This document shows, in pieces, positions 26,583 to 36,194 of a DNA stretch of 64,000 bases. Each line of letters starts with the position of its first letter. Position 1 is the stretch's first letter. Below the pieces are notes generated by a model. That model made no database searches. It was not told the DNA's origin and worked only from the letters and a program-made list of their open reading frames with translations. Source of the DNA: an uncultured Prevotellaceae bacterium (GTDB lineage Bacteria; Bacteroidota; Bacteroidia; Bacteroidales; Bacteroidaceae); contig CAMWQU010000007.1 in assembly GCA_947176535.1 (NCBI GenBank), positions 9,909-73,908 on the forward strand, read 5' to 3'. Made by a program: the position numbers and the translations under genes.

Positions 26583-28115
26583 TTACTTCAGTGCTTTGTT
26601 CAACATATAGTAAACTTCATTCATCTGAAGGTCATGCTTGAACTCGCTGATTTTGGTGTCCTTGTTAATCTTGACGTACTCGATGCCGAGCATTTCAGCG
26701 AAGTCCTCCCAATACTCTTCCGTGATGTCGTATGAGAAGGCACTGTGGTGGGTTCCGCCGGCCAGAATCCATGCGCCTGCACCGATTTCGAACGTGGGCT
26801 GGGGCACCCACAATGCAGAGGCAACGGGCAAGTTGGGCATGGGCTTCGGCTCGATGCACTCAACCTCCTGCGAGATGAGGCGGAAGCGGTTGCCGAGGTC
26901 TACAACGGTGGCCTTGATACCGCGACCAACCTTTGACGTGAAGACGAGGCGGGCAGTCTGCTGCTTGCGGATACCGATGCCGAGGAAGTGTACTTCGAGT
27001 TTGGGCTTGTCGGTAGCGATGAGCGGACAAACTTCGAGCATGTGGCTCTGGAGGCATGAACTGCGGTCGCCGGCGAAGTTGAGCGTGTAGTCCTCAAGGA
27101 AAGAGCAACCGGTTGGCATACCTTGCTGGATAACCCAAAGGGTGCGGTAGAGGCAGGCGGTCTTCCAGTCACCCTCGGCACCGAAACCGATACCTTCGGC
27201 CATCAGACGCTGAGAGGCGAGGCCGGGAATCTGGTCGAAACCTACGAAGTTGGGATCGTTGATGTCTGCATCACCCAGGTCGTCGAAGTTGGTGGTGAAA
27301 GCGGTTGCGCTTTCGTCTTTCAGTACACGACGGAGAGCGATTTCTGCCTTTGCTGCGTTCTTCACCTTCTCCCAGTAAACTTCTTCGCCGCTCTCGTCAA
27401 TCTTGATGGTGTATTCCTTCTTGTACTCCTCGACGAGGGCGTCTGCCTCAGCGTCGGTAACCTTCTTGAAGTACTCCATCAGTGAACTTACGGGGTAGTA
27501 ATCTACGTGGTAGCCGAGACGCTGCTCAAACTCAACGCGGTCGCCATCTGTTACGGCAACGTTGTTCATGTTCATACCGAACATCAGGCAGCGAACATTC
27601 TTGGCGTCGGCAACACCGGCGGCTACACGTGCCCAAACGGCAATCTTTTTCTGAGCCTCTTCGCTCTTCCAATAGCCGCAAACCACTTTGCGGGCGATGC
27701 GCATACGGGTGCAGATATGGCCGAACTCAATGTCACCGTGAGCACTCTGGTTCAGGTTCATGAAATCCATGTCCATGGTGTCCCAGGGAATTTCGGCATT
27801 GTACTGTGTGTGGAAGTGAAGCAAGGGCTTTTGCAGAGCCTGCAAACCCTTAATCCACATCTTGGCAGGTGAGAACGTGTGCATCCACGTGATGATACCC
27901 ACGCACTTTTCCTCGTTGTTGGCTGCCTTCATGACTTCTTCCACTTCCTTGCTGGAGTTTGCAGTGCCCTTATAAACTACTTTAACGGGAATGTTTCCGC
28001 TTTCGTTCAGGCCGGCTACCATTTCTTTTGAGTGGGCATCAACTGCGATGACTGCGTCACCTCCATAGAGCAACTGTGCACCGGTCACCCACCAAATTTC
28101 AAGATTCTCGTACAT
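26583..28115 (-). CDS. araA: L-arabinose isomerase
   Basis: 510 aa. The N-terminus is LEIWWVTGAQLLYGGDAV and AraA-like similarity runs the full length. Confidence 0.96.
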   Translation of the reverse strand: MYENLEIWWVTGAQLLYGGDAVIAVDAHSKEMVAGLNESGNIPVKVVYKGTANSSKEVEEVMKAANNEEKCVGIITWMHTFSPAKMWIKGLQALQKPLLHFHTQYNAEIPWDTMDMDFMNLNQSAHGDIEFGHICTRMRIARKVVCGYWKSEEAQKKIAVWARVAAGVADAKNVRCLMFGMNMNNVAVTDGDRVEFEQRLGYHVDYYPVSSLMEYFKKVTDAEADALVEEYKKEYTIKIDESGEEVYWEKVKNAAKAEIALRRVLKDESATAFTTNFDDLGDADINDPNFVGFDQIPGLASQRLMAEGIGFGAEGDWKTACLYRTLWVIQQGMPTGCSFLEDYTLNFAGDRSSCLQSHMLEVCPLIATDKPKLEVHFLGIGIRKQQTARLVFTSKVGRGIKATVVDLGNRFRLISQEVECIEPKPMPNLPVASALWVPQPTFEIGAGAWILAGGTHHSAFSYDITEEYWEDFAEMLGIEYVKINKDTKISEFKHDLQMNEVYYMLNKALK

Positions 28116-28116
28116 A

Positions 28117-28224
28117 ATTCAGTTCCCCCCCTCTTATCCCTTGCCGGGGAAGACCAAACGGGGGTATGGGTCTGTTGTTAGTAATTAAGATTTAACTTTA
28201 TTCAGTTCCTGCCTTATTCTCTTT
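28117..28224. repeat. araD-araA spacer: about 25-nt direct repeat flanking a fragment of repeat family 1
   Basis: ATTCAGTTCC..CTTAT occurs at 28117-28142 and again at 28200-28224. Between them lie the modules CTCTTATCC (28131-28139), GCCGGGGAAGACC (28143-28155) and AAACGGGGGTATGGG (28156-28170), which also occur in the copies at 44981-45141 and 56688-56815. Confidence 0.5.
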
Positions 28225-28242
28225 GGAGGAGAAAGAAGCGAA

Positions 28243-28947
28243 CTATTTCTTTTTCTGTCCGTAATAGGCGTTGGGCCCGTGCTTTCTCATGTAGTGCTTC
28301 TCAATCAGGAGAGGATTCATGGTAAGGCCGGGATTCACGGAAAAGGCCACGAACGCCATTTTGGCGCACTGCTCCATTACCTTGGCGTTGTACACGGCAT
28401 TGTCGGGAGAGGTTCCCCACGAGAAAGGCCCGTGATTCTTTACCAACACGGCGGGCGTGTGGTCGGGATTTATCTTGCGGATGTTCAGAATCTCGTCCAC
28501 GATGACGTTACCTGTTTCCAGTTCGTACTGTCCTTTCACCTCCTGTTCCGTCATATCGCGTGTGCAGGGGATGTCCTTATAGAAGTAGTCGGCATGTGTG
28601 GTACCGATATTGGGAATGTCGCGTCCGGCTTGAGCAAATGCCGTGGCATAGGTGGAGTGCGTATGCACCACACCCTGAATGTTGGGAAACGCTCTGTAAA
28701 GCACGAGGTGAGTGGGAGTGTCGCTCGAAGGGTTGAGATCGCCTTCCACGACCTCGCCCGTATTCAAATCAACAACTACCATGTCCTCAACTTTCATCTC
28801 GTCGTAGCTGACACCGCTGGGCTTGATGACAACCATACCCTTTTCACGGTCAATGCCCGAAACGTTGCCCCACGTGAAGATAACGAGGCCTTGCTTCACT
28901 AAATCCAGATTGGCCTTAAAGACCTTTGCTTTTAATTCTTCAAGCAT
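28243..28947 (-). CDS. araD: L-ribulose-5-phosphate 4-epimerase
   Basis: 234 aa class II aldolase fold. Motifs are [12 protein letters not shown] and [14 protein letters not shown]. Confidence 0.95.
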   Translation of the reverse strand: MLEELKAKVFKANLDLVKQGLVIFTWGNVSGIDREKGMVVIKPSGVSYDEMKVEDMVVVDLNTGEVVEGDLNPSSDTPTHLVLYRAFPNIQGVVHTHSTYATAFAQAGRDIPNIGTTHADYFYKDIPCTRDMTEQEVKGQYELETGNVIVDEILNIRKINPDHTPAVLVKNHGPFSWGTSPDNAVYNAKVMEQCAKMAFVAFSVNPGLTMNPLLIEKHYMRKHGPNAYYGQKKK

Positions 28948-28973
28948 AAGATTTCTTTACTAATAGTTGTTCT

Positions 28974-30698
28974 TTACCAGAAATACCAATAGAATGCGGC
29001 GCAAAGACCGACAACGACCAATGTGCCGACGATGTCGAATGTGCCCCAGCTCTCTTTGATGGAAGCCTTGAAGTCTTTCGTGAATGTGATGGCTTCAATC
29101 TGCTGCTGTGTGGGAGCAGGCGTGAACATGGAAACGGCATAGATGAATACCAGCAGGAATACCAGCAATCCGCATTCGAATACGAGCCAGTTTGTCTGCC
29201 AGAACCATTCCGTGTTGGCCCAGAAAGCTCCGTCCATCGTAGCCTTTCCGGTGTCTGTGATAACGTTTGTTACCAAACGCAACATACCGATGAGGAAGCC
29301 CACAATCATGGTGTACTCACCGGCTTTGGGAGTGATGCGCTTGCTGAGAATACCCATAGCGAATACCACTACCATAGCGGGAGCCAGCAGCGACTGAATG
29401 CCCTGCAGATAGTTGTAGAGGGTATCCATACCCATCATGATGGGGAGCCATGCGAAGCCGAGGATTACGACAACAACGGTGGCCACACGACCAACGAATA
29501 CGTAATGAGCCTCGGACATGCCTTTCTTTAGGGGCTTGTAGAAGTCCTCGGTAAAGAGTGTTGCGCAACTGTTGAAGAAAGCTGCCAATGAGGCAACGAG
29601 TGCGCAGATGAAACCGATGGTGACGATACCCTTGATACCGGCGGGCAATACCTGCTGAACCATGATGGCGAAAGCAGCGTCGGTTTCTTCCATCTGGAAC
29701 GTTCCCTTCTGTGCCAATGCGGCGGCAATCATACCGGGAATGAGGAACATGAAGCAGGGGAGCACTTTGAAGAAGCCGGCGGCAATGGTACCGCGACGTG
29801 CACGCTTCATGACTTCGGCATTGCTTTCACCGGGCACCTGACCCAGTACACGCTGAACGATGTGCTGGTCGGTACACCAATACCAGAAACCGATGATGGA
29901 AGCACCGATGAATACCACGAAGCCCGGATATTCCTGATACATGGAATCGCCTTCCTCCCAATGGAACATGTGAGTGGTGCCGTAGCCGTTATTCAACTGA
30001 CCGCAGTATTCCATCATGTTTGCCCAACCGGCAGCGATGCTACCGTCACCGAGAGAAGCCAGACCGAGGAACAATACGAGGAACGAACCGATGATGAGAA
30101 TCGGGGTCTGAATGCTGGACAGTGTCATAACACCCTTCATTCCACCGAATACGGTGAACACGGCAGTGATGACAATCAGTCCGATAGCTCCGTACCAGAA
30201 GTTGAGGCCCCAAAGGTATTTGAAGAAGATACCGCCGGTGAGTGCGGTTACACTCACTTTTGTCAGCACGTAGGCTACCAGTGTGATGATAGAAAGCCAC
30301 GAACCCGTGCGCTGGGTGTAGCGGAATTTCAGGAAGTCGGGCATCGTGATGATTTTGCCCATTTTGTTAATCATCAGTTGGTAGAAAGGCACGAATAACC
30401 AACCGAGGATAAGAATCATCCAACCTTGCATCTCCCAGTGTGCCATACCCACACCGCTCTTTGCACCCGTACCGGCGAGACCGACGAGGTGTTCCGAACC
30501 GATGTTTGCGGCAAAGATTGCCATACCGATTACATACCAAGGCTCGCCTTTACCGAAAAGGTAAGCCGATGAGTCTTCGCCCTGCTGGGCTTTCTTGTCT
30601 TTCCAGATGGCGTACCATACGGCTGCCACCACACCAAAGAGGCCGATGGCGAGTACCGCCCAGTCGAGCCAGATGAATTCAGTCGAATTCCAGTTCAT
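28974..30698 (-). CDS. Sodium:solute symporter (SGLT/SSS family), predicted arabinose transporter
   Basis: 574 aa polytopic protein with SSS-family similarity throughout. It sits between the aldose epimerase and araD. Confidence 0.88.
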   Translation of the reverse strand: MNWNSTEFIWLDWAVLAIGLFGVVAAVWYAIWKDKKAQQGEDSSAYLFGKGEPWYVIGMAIFAANIGSEHLVGLAGTGAKSGVGMAHWEMQGWMILILGWLFVPFYQLMINKMGKIITMPDFLKFRYTQRTGSWLSIITLVAYVLTKVSVTALTGGIFFKYLWGLNFWYGAIGLIVITAVFTVFGGMKGVMTLSSIQTPILIIGSFLVLFLGLASLGDGSIAAGWANMMEYCGQLNNGYGTTHMFHWEEGDSMYQEYPGFVVFIGASIIGFWYWCTDQHIVQRVLGQVPGESNAEVMKRARRGTIAAGFFKVLPCFMFLIPGMIAAALAQKGTFQMEETDAAFAIMVQQVLPAGIKGIVTIGFICALVASLAAFFNSCATLFTEDFYKPLKKGMSEAHYVFVGRVATVVVVILGFAWLPIMMGMDTLYNYLQGIQSLLAPAMVVVFAMGILSKRITPKAGEYTMIVGFLIGMLRLVTNVITDTGKATMDGAFWANTEWFWQTNWLVFECGLLVFLLVFIYAVSMFTPAPTQQQIEAITFTKDFKASIKESWGTFDIVGTLVVVGLCAAFYWYFW

Positions 30699-30745
30699 TG
30701 TTTATTGATTTATTAAGATTATTGTTTAGGGTTTATTGTTTCGTG

Positions 30746-31939
30746 TTATTTCACCGAGAACTTGTATGCACAATGGCTGTAATACTTCTCTCCGGGCTTC
30801 AGGTTGGCGGCGGGCCAGTTCTCTCCGGCTTTGTGGGGGCTGTCCGGATATTTCTGACTCTCAAGACATACGCTTACGTGCTTGGGATATTTAATGCCAT
30901 GTTTCCGCATAATGTCGGCATCGCGGCCAACACCCTGGAAATTGCCTGTATAGACCTGTATGCCCGGTTCGTTGGTGAATACCTCCAACATGATGCCCGT
31001 TTCGGGGCTGTAAAGGCTGGCGCACACCTGTGTGTCATCACCCTTGCCGGTAGCGTGGTCATACGTGTTCAGACAGAAGTTGTGGTCAATACCGGTCGCA
31101 TTCCGAATCTGCTCGAATGTCGTATCGTTTACTACCTCACTCAGCACGCGAGCCGTGCGGAAGTCGAAAGGAGTACCCTCCACCGGCAGGATTTCGCCCG
31201 TAGGAATGTAGTTCGTGTCCGAGGGAGTGAAATTATCGGCATTCACGTACAACTCCATATTCGTGCCCACACGACTGGGATCACCGTTCAGGTTAAAGTA
31301 GCAATGATTCGTTTGGTTAATCATCGTTTCCTTGGTGGTTGTAGCCTCCCACGTAATATCCAACGTATTGTCATCCGTCAGTTTGTAAGTCGTAACGGCA
31401 GTCACCTCGCCGGGGAAACCGTTATCCCCATCGGGGCTTACGATGGTCAGTTTCAGCGTACTGTCATCCGGCTGTTCGGCATCATACACCTGATACTGCC
31501 AACCCGTGGGGCCGCCGTGCAGGCAGTTGTCGCCGTCGTTGGGCACCAACTCATAGTAGAGGTCGTCGATAGCGAACGAGTGATTGCTGATGCGGTTGGC
31601 ATAGCGTCCGATGCTTGCGCCGTAGTCGCTGGGTGAGTTCTCCGAATCGGCATATTGGGCGACATTGTCGTAGCCCAACACTACGTCTTTCAGATTACCG
31701 TCGCGGTCGGGCACCATGATACTGACAACGCGACCGCCGAAGTTGGTGATGCACACCTCCATGCCGTTCGCGTTTTTCAGGGTGTAAAGTGCCGTTTGCT
31801 TTTCACCGATAGTTGTTTCAAAGTCTGCGGGGTTCAGTCCCGAGGCGAGTTGTTCAGCCTCTTGTTTCTTTGTGCAGCAGGCCGACAATAAGCCGACGAG
31901 CGACAAGCACAGAAACGCCGATTTCATGATTCTTTTCAT
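30746..31939 (-). CDS. galM: Aldose 1-epimerase (mutarotase), lipoprotein-type signal
   Basis: 397 aa. Motifs include NCLHGGPTGWQYQVY and GIDHNFCLN. It is the first gene of the ara cluster. Confidence 0.9.
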   Translation of the reverse strand: MKRIMKSAFLCLSLVGLLSACCTKKQEAEQLASGLNPADFETTIGEKQTALYTLKNANGMEVCITNFGGRVVSIMVPDRDGNLKDVVLGYDNVAQYADSENSPSDYGASIGRYANRISNHSFAIDDLYYELVPNDGDNCLHGGPTGWQYQVYDAEQPDDSTLKLTIVSPDGDNGFPGEVTAVTTYKLTDDNTLDITWEATTTKETMINQTNHCYFNLNGDPSRVGTNMELYVNADNFTPSDTNYIPTGEILPVEGTPFDFRTARVLSEVVNDTTFEQIRNATGIDHNFCLNTYDHATGKGDDTQVCASLYSPETGIMLEVFTNEPGIQVYTGNFQGVGRDADIMRKHGIKYPKHVSVCLESQKYPDSPHKAGENWPAANLKPGEKYYSHCAYKFSVK

Positions 31940-31993
31940 GGTTTTTGTTGTATTTAGTTAATGATAAATGCGTTATTAGGCATAAATGCCCTA

Positions 31994-32001
31994 CAAATAT
32001 A
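31994..32001 (-). promoter_or_regulatory. -7 promoter box (TATATTTG on the minus strand) of the ara operon
   Basis: It matches TAnnTTTG about 55 nt upstream of the galM ATG. Confidence 0.5.
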
Positions 32002-32193
32002 ACGAAAAAAAACTATATTCCGGTATTCTTTAGCGGCTTTTTTGGGGAAATAATCACGGAGGACGATGTTTTCATTGAAAATTGAAAGACGTAACTTAGG
32101 CTTTTGAGGCTGTATTTGTTACCTTTGGGTGCTCTGTTGCTGTTTTCGGGATGGTGGGCGATACATGGTACGACAGGCGACAAAAGAGGAACG

Positions 32194-32237
32194 GTAAGCC
32201 GCAGTCTCCGGGGTGAGGCTGCGGCTTACTGTTTTTT
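32194..32237. terminator. Bidirectional terminator hairpin downstream of folC
   Basis: An 11-bp perfect stem pairs GTAAGCCGCAG (32194-32204) with CTGCGGCTTAC (32219-32229). The T-tract TGTTTTTT is on the plus strand. The tract on the minus strand is weaker. Confidence 0.7.
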
Positions 32238-32270
32238 ACAATAAAGCGAGTGTGATGCGGAACCGTGTGG

Positions 32271-33581
32271 TCAGACGGCAGTCCGCTCCTGTTGCAGGTA
32301 AGCGAGCAGGTCGGCCACGATGAACGTGGAGCCGCCCACGAAGATAAGTTCCTCGTCCGCAGCGTCGCGCAAGGCAGCTTCGTAAGCCGCTGCGACAGTG
32401 GGGTAGGAGACGGGGCCTCCGGGAGAAGCCAGAAGTCCGATCTCGCGGCCCAAAGCGGCTATGTCATCGGCCGGCATGGCACGCTTCACCGATGCCTGCG
32501 TGAAGTAGTAGACCGCTTCGCGGGGAAGCAGGGAGAGACCGGCGCGTATATCCTTGTCGCTCACCATGCCGAGTACGATTCGGATGGTCGATTGCTTACC
32601 GAGCGCACTCAACTGTTCCGCAATGTAGGCGAGACCACCCGCGTTGTGTCCGGTGTCGCAGATGACGGTGGGACGTTGCCGGACGCACTGCCAGCGGCCC
32701 ATGAGGCCCGTAAGCGGGCATACGTGGGCAAAGCCGTTGTGTATGTCCTCGGTCGTTAGCTTTACAGTATCCTTTATATGCTTTACGGCGGCAAGGAGGG
32801 TTGCCGTGTTCTTTTTCTGACAGAGACCGCGCAGTTCGGTTTCAAAAGAACCGAAGTTCCGGGTCGTGCAGCGGCCGTCGTTCCAACGGATGATTTCGTC
32901 CTCCTCGTCGGCAAACACGATGGGTGAAGAGGCCGCCCGTGCCGTTTCGAGAAAGACTTCCCGAACCTCCGCATGTCCGTTCGTCTCTCCGATGACGACG
33001 GGAACTCCGGGCTTGATGATGCCGGCCTTCTCGCGGGCAATCTCCGGGAGCGTGTGACCCAGGAACTGCGTGTGGTCGAAGCTGATGTTCGTGATGACGG
33101 AGAGGATGGGGGAGATGATGTTTGTGCAGTCGAGCCTGCCGCCCAAGCCGACCTCGATGACGGCGATGTCCACTTTCTGTTCCTTGAAGTATTGGAACGC
33201 AAGGGCCGTTGCGAGTTCGAAGAACGATGGATGCAGCGGTTCGAAAAACGAACGTTCCTGTTCGATGAAGTCGATGACCCGTTGTTCGGGTATCATTTCC
33301 CCGTTCACGCGGATGCGTTCGCGGAAGTCCACAAGGTGCGGACTGGTGTAAAGTCCCACTCTGAGGCCGGCCGATTGCAGAATGGCGGCCAGCGTGTGGC
33401 TGACGGAGCCTTTGCCGTTGGTGCCGGCCACATGGATGGTGGGGTAGGCCGTGTGGGGATGGCCGAACCGGGCGTCGAGGGCCCGCGTGTTCTCCAGTCC
33501 CTCTTTATACGCGCCCGCCCCAATGTGCTGAAACAATGGGGCGACGTTGAACAGGTAGGATATGGCTTCGCTGTAAGTCAT
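32271..33581 (-). CDS. folC: Folylpolyglutamate synthase / dihydrofolate synthase
   Basis: 436 aa. The Mur-ligase P-loop is HVAGTNGKGSVSH. Confidence 0.93.
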   Translation of the reverse strand: MTYSEAISYLFNVAPLFQHIGAGAYKEGLENTRALDARFGHPHTAYPTIHVAGTNGKGSVSHTLAAILQSAGLRVGLYTSPHLVDFRERIRVNGEMIPEQRVIDFIEQERSFFEPLHPSFFELATALAFQYFKEQKVDIAVIEVGLGGRLDCTNIISPILSVITNISFDHTQFLGHTLPEIAREKAGIIKPGVPVVIGETNGHAEVREVFLETARAASSPIVFADEEDEIIRWNDGRCTTRNFGSFETELRGLCQKKNTATLLAAVKHIKDTVKLTTEDIHNGFAHVCPLTGLMGRWQCVRQRPTVICDTGHNAGGLAYIAEQLSALGKQSTIRIVLGMVSDKDIRAGLSLLPREAVYYFTQASVKRAMPADDIAALGREIGLLASPGGPVSYPTVAAAYEAALRDAADEELIFVGGSTFIVADLLAYLQQERTAV

Positions 33582-33594
33582 TCGGGGGTAATGT

Positions 33595-34761
33595 TTAGCT
33601 AAAGAACGTCTTGAACTTCTCGAATATCTTGCTGCGGCACGACTCGTCGGGCCGGAAGTTGTCGCTCTTTGCGAAGCTCTCCATGGCTTTCTTCTCGTCG
33701 CGGCTGAGTGTTTCGGGGATGTAGACGCTGATGTGTACGATAAGGTCTCCCATGCCGTAGCCGTAACCCTGCACGGCGGGCAATCCTTTGCCGCGCAGCC
33801 GGACTACCTTTCCGGGTTGCGTGCCCGGCTCAATCTTGATGCGGGCTTTGCCGTCGAGGGTGGGAATCTCCACCGTGCCGCCCAGTGTGGCGGTGGGAAC
33901 GTCGAGCAGCAGGTTGTACACCAGATTCTGCTCCTCGCGCACAAACTCGTCGTGCTGCTGTACCTCGATGAAGACCTGAATGTCGCCCGGTACACCGTTG
34001 TGCTTGGCGGCGTTGCCCTTGCCGGGTACGGTGACGACCATGCCGTCGGCCACGCCTGCCGGGATTTTCACCTCCACAACTTCCTCGCCCGTCTTGACGC
34101 CCTCGCCGTGGCATTCCGTACACTTGTTTTTAATCGTGTGTCCCTCGCCGCCGCACGTCGGACAGGCCTGCTGGGTCTGCATGCGTCCGAACATCGAGTT
34201 CACCGTCCGCACCGTGTAGCCTTTTCCGCCGCACGTCGGGCAGGTCTGTGTCTGTCCGTCTTCCGAACCGCTGCCGTGGCAGTGGTCGCAGGTGATGTTC
34301 TTGCGCACCTTGAACTTTTTGGTGACGCCTGTAGCTACCTCGTTGAGCGTCAGGCTCACCTTCAGTCGCAGGTCGCTGCCGCGATAGACCTGCTGCTGTC
34401 CGCGGCCGCCGCCTCCGAAGTCGAATCCGAAACCGCCGCCGCCCATGTTCATGCGTCCGCCGAAGATGTCGCCGAACATCGAGAAAATGTCGTCCATGTT
34501 CATGCCGGCACCGCTGAATCCGCCGCCGCCCATGCCGTTCAGTCCTTCATGGCCGAACTGGTCGTAGCGGGCGCGCTTCTGCTCGTCGTGCAGCACGTCG
34601 TAGGCCTCGGCCGCCTCCTTGAACTTTTCCTCGGCTTCCTTGTTGTCGGGGTTGCGGTCGGGATGGTATTTGATGGCCATCTTTTTGTAGGCGGCCTTTA
34701 TCTCTTGCGGGGTGGCGTTCTTGTTTACGCCCAGCACCTCATAGTAATCGCGTTTTGCCAT
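33595..34761 (-). CDS. dnaJ: Molecular chaperone DnaJ
   Basis: It has a J-domain with HPD (KYHPDRNP), a G/F-rich linker and four CxxCxGxG zinc motifs. Confidence 0.97.
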   Translation of the reverse strand: MAKRDYYEVLGVNKNATPQEIKAAYKKMAIKYHPDRNPDNKEAEEKFKEAAEAYDVLHDEQKRARYDQFGHEGLNGMGGGGFSGAGMNMDDIFSMFGDIFGGRMNMGGGGFGFDFGGGGRGQQQVYRGSDLRLKVSLTLNEVATGVTKKFKVRKNITCDHCHGSGSEDGQTQTCPTCGGKGYTVRTVNSMFGRMQTQQACPTCGGEGHTIKNKCTECHGEGVKTGEEVVEVKIPAGVADGMVVTVPGKGNAAKHNGVPGDIQVFIEVQQHDEFVREEQNLVYNLLLDVPTATLGGTVEIPTLDGKARIKIEPGTQPGKVVRLRGKGLPAVQGYGYGMGDLIVHISVYIPETLSRDEKKAMESFAKSDNFRPDESCRSKIFEKFKTFFS

Positions 34762-34777
34762 ATCTCTTGTCCGTTGT

Positions 34778-35377
34778 TTAGATGCCCACCACTACTTTTG
34801 CAAATCGCAGCACCGTGTCGTTCAGCATATAGCCTTTCTCGGTGCAGTCGATGACCTTGCCTTTCAGCTCGTCCGTGGGAGCGGGAAACTGAGTGACAGC
34901 CTCATGGAAGTCCGTGTCGAAGTCGGCGCCGTCCGTCTTCATCTGGGTCACGCCTTGGGCCTCCATGACTTTCATAAACTTCTTGCAGATGAGGTCTACG
35001 CCCTCTTTCACGGCCTCCACGTCCTCGGCCGACTGCATGTGTTGCAGGGCGCGTTCGAGGTCGTCGATGACGGGCAACATGGCCTCCAGCACTTTCCGGC
35101 CGCCGTTGAGGATGAGCTCCGCTTTCTCCTTGATGATGCGTTTGCGGAAGTTGTCGAACTCCGCCTGTTTGTACAGCCGCTCTTTCTCCAGCTCCGCAAT
35201 TCGGGCCTCGGCCTGTGCCAGTTTGTCCTCTACGGTCTCCTCGTGGGCCGTTTCCTCGGTATTCGTCTCTTCCGTGTGTTCGGTCTCCTCCGTGTGCTCA
35301 CTTTCGGTCGTTGCCTCGGTGCCGTTCACTACGTCTTCCTTCAGTTCTTCTTCTTTTCCCTTTTCTGCTTTATCCAT
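34778..35377 (-). CDS. grpE: Nucleotide exchange factor GrpE
   Basis: 199 aa with an acidic N-terminus and a GrpE core ([12 protein letters not shown]). It is adjacent to dnaJ. Confidence 0.95.
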   Translation of the reverse strand: MDKAEKGKEEELKEDVVNGTEATTESEHTEETEHTEETNTEETAHEETVEDKLAQAEARIAELEKERLYKQAEFDNFRKRIIKEKAELILNGGRKVLEAMLPVIDDLERALQHMQSAEDVEAVKEGVDLICKKFMKVMEAQGVTQMKTDGADFDTDFHEAVTQFPAPTDELKGKVIDCTEKGYMLNDTVLRFAKVVVGI

Positions 35378-35566
35378 GATGATTCAAACGTTTTTTTATT
35401 ATTTCCGTGTACAAAAACCTTGCCAAAGAGCATTCTGACACCATCCTTGTGCACTTTTGTCATAAGTAAAGCCCGCGTTTCCTCATTTGGAGCGTTCCGC
35501 GGCTGTTCTATATAATATATATAAGGTATAGGGGGCCGGTTTCTTTGATAGCCCGCTGGAAATGCG

Positions 35567-35574
35567 TAACTTTG
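35567..35574 (+). promoter_or_regulatory. -7 promoter box (TAACTTTG) for the acetyltransferase gene
   Basis: It lies 17 nt upstream of the ATG at 35592. This argues against the longer ORF start at 35562. Confidence 0.55.
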
Positions 35575-35591
35575 TCGTCAAAATTCCAAGT

Positions 35592-36149
35592 ATGACAGAA
35601 AAAGAGAAATGTGCCTGCGGTCTGCTGTACGATGCCAACTCCGACAGCGAACTTATCCGGGAAAGGCTGCATTGTCAGGACGAGTGTTTCCGCTTCAATA
35701 ACCTGCGCCCCTCCGAAGTGGCCGCCAAGGCGGAAATTATAACCCGCTTGCTCGGCCGGGTCGGCGATGGGGCTACGATAGTCGCACCGTTTCATTGCGA
35801 CTATGGGTATAACATTGAGGTAGGAACAAATTTCTTTGCCAATTTCAATCTCGTCATTCTCGATGCGGCCAAAGTCTCGTTTGGCGACAACGTGTTCGTG
35901 GGGCCGAACTGCTCGTTCTATACTGCCGTGCATCCGCTCGACGCCGAACGGCGCAATCAGGGACTGGAATGTGCCCGACCGATAACCGTCGGAAATAATG
36001 TCTGGTTCGGCGGTAACGTCGTGGTGCTGCCCGGAGTGATTGTTGGCGACAACAGTGTGGTGGGGGCCGGCAGCGTTGTGACGAAAGACGTTCCCGCCTT
36101 TTCCGTCGTCGCGGGGAACCCGGCACGTGTCATCCGGACGCTGAACTAA
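35592..36149 (+). CDS. Sugar O-acetyltransferase (maltose/galactoside acetyltransferase-like, hexapeptide repeat)
   Basis: The Mac-type N-terminus is MTEKEKCACGLLYDANSDSEL. The left-handed beta-helix repeats include VGNNVWFGGNVVVLPGVIVGDNSVVGAGSVV. Confidence 0.88.
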   Translation: MTEKEKCACGLLYDANSDSELIRERLHCQDECFRFNNLRPSEVAAKAEIITRLLGRVGDGATIVAPFHCDYGYNIEVGTNFFANFNLVILDAAKVSFGDNVFVGPNCSFYTAVHPLDAERRNQGLECARPITVGNNVWFGGNVVVLPGVIVGDNSVVGAGSVVTKDVPAFSVVAGNPARVIRTLN

Positions 36150-36194
36150 GCGTCTTTCCGTTGTCCGTCGGACACCTGCGCTCTGTCTGCGTGT

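Noticed and set aside
35508-35522. A TA-repeat tract (TATATAATATATATA) lies upstream of grpE and might be a regulatory element or a CIRCE-like heat-shock operator.
   Set aside because: It does not resemble the CIRCE inverted repeat (TTAGCACTC-N9-GAGTGCTAA). It is a short AT-rich simple sequence in a divergent promoter region, and I cannot support any specific function.
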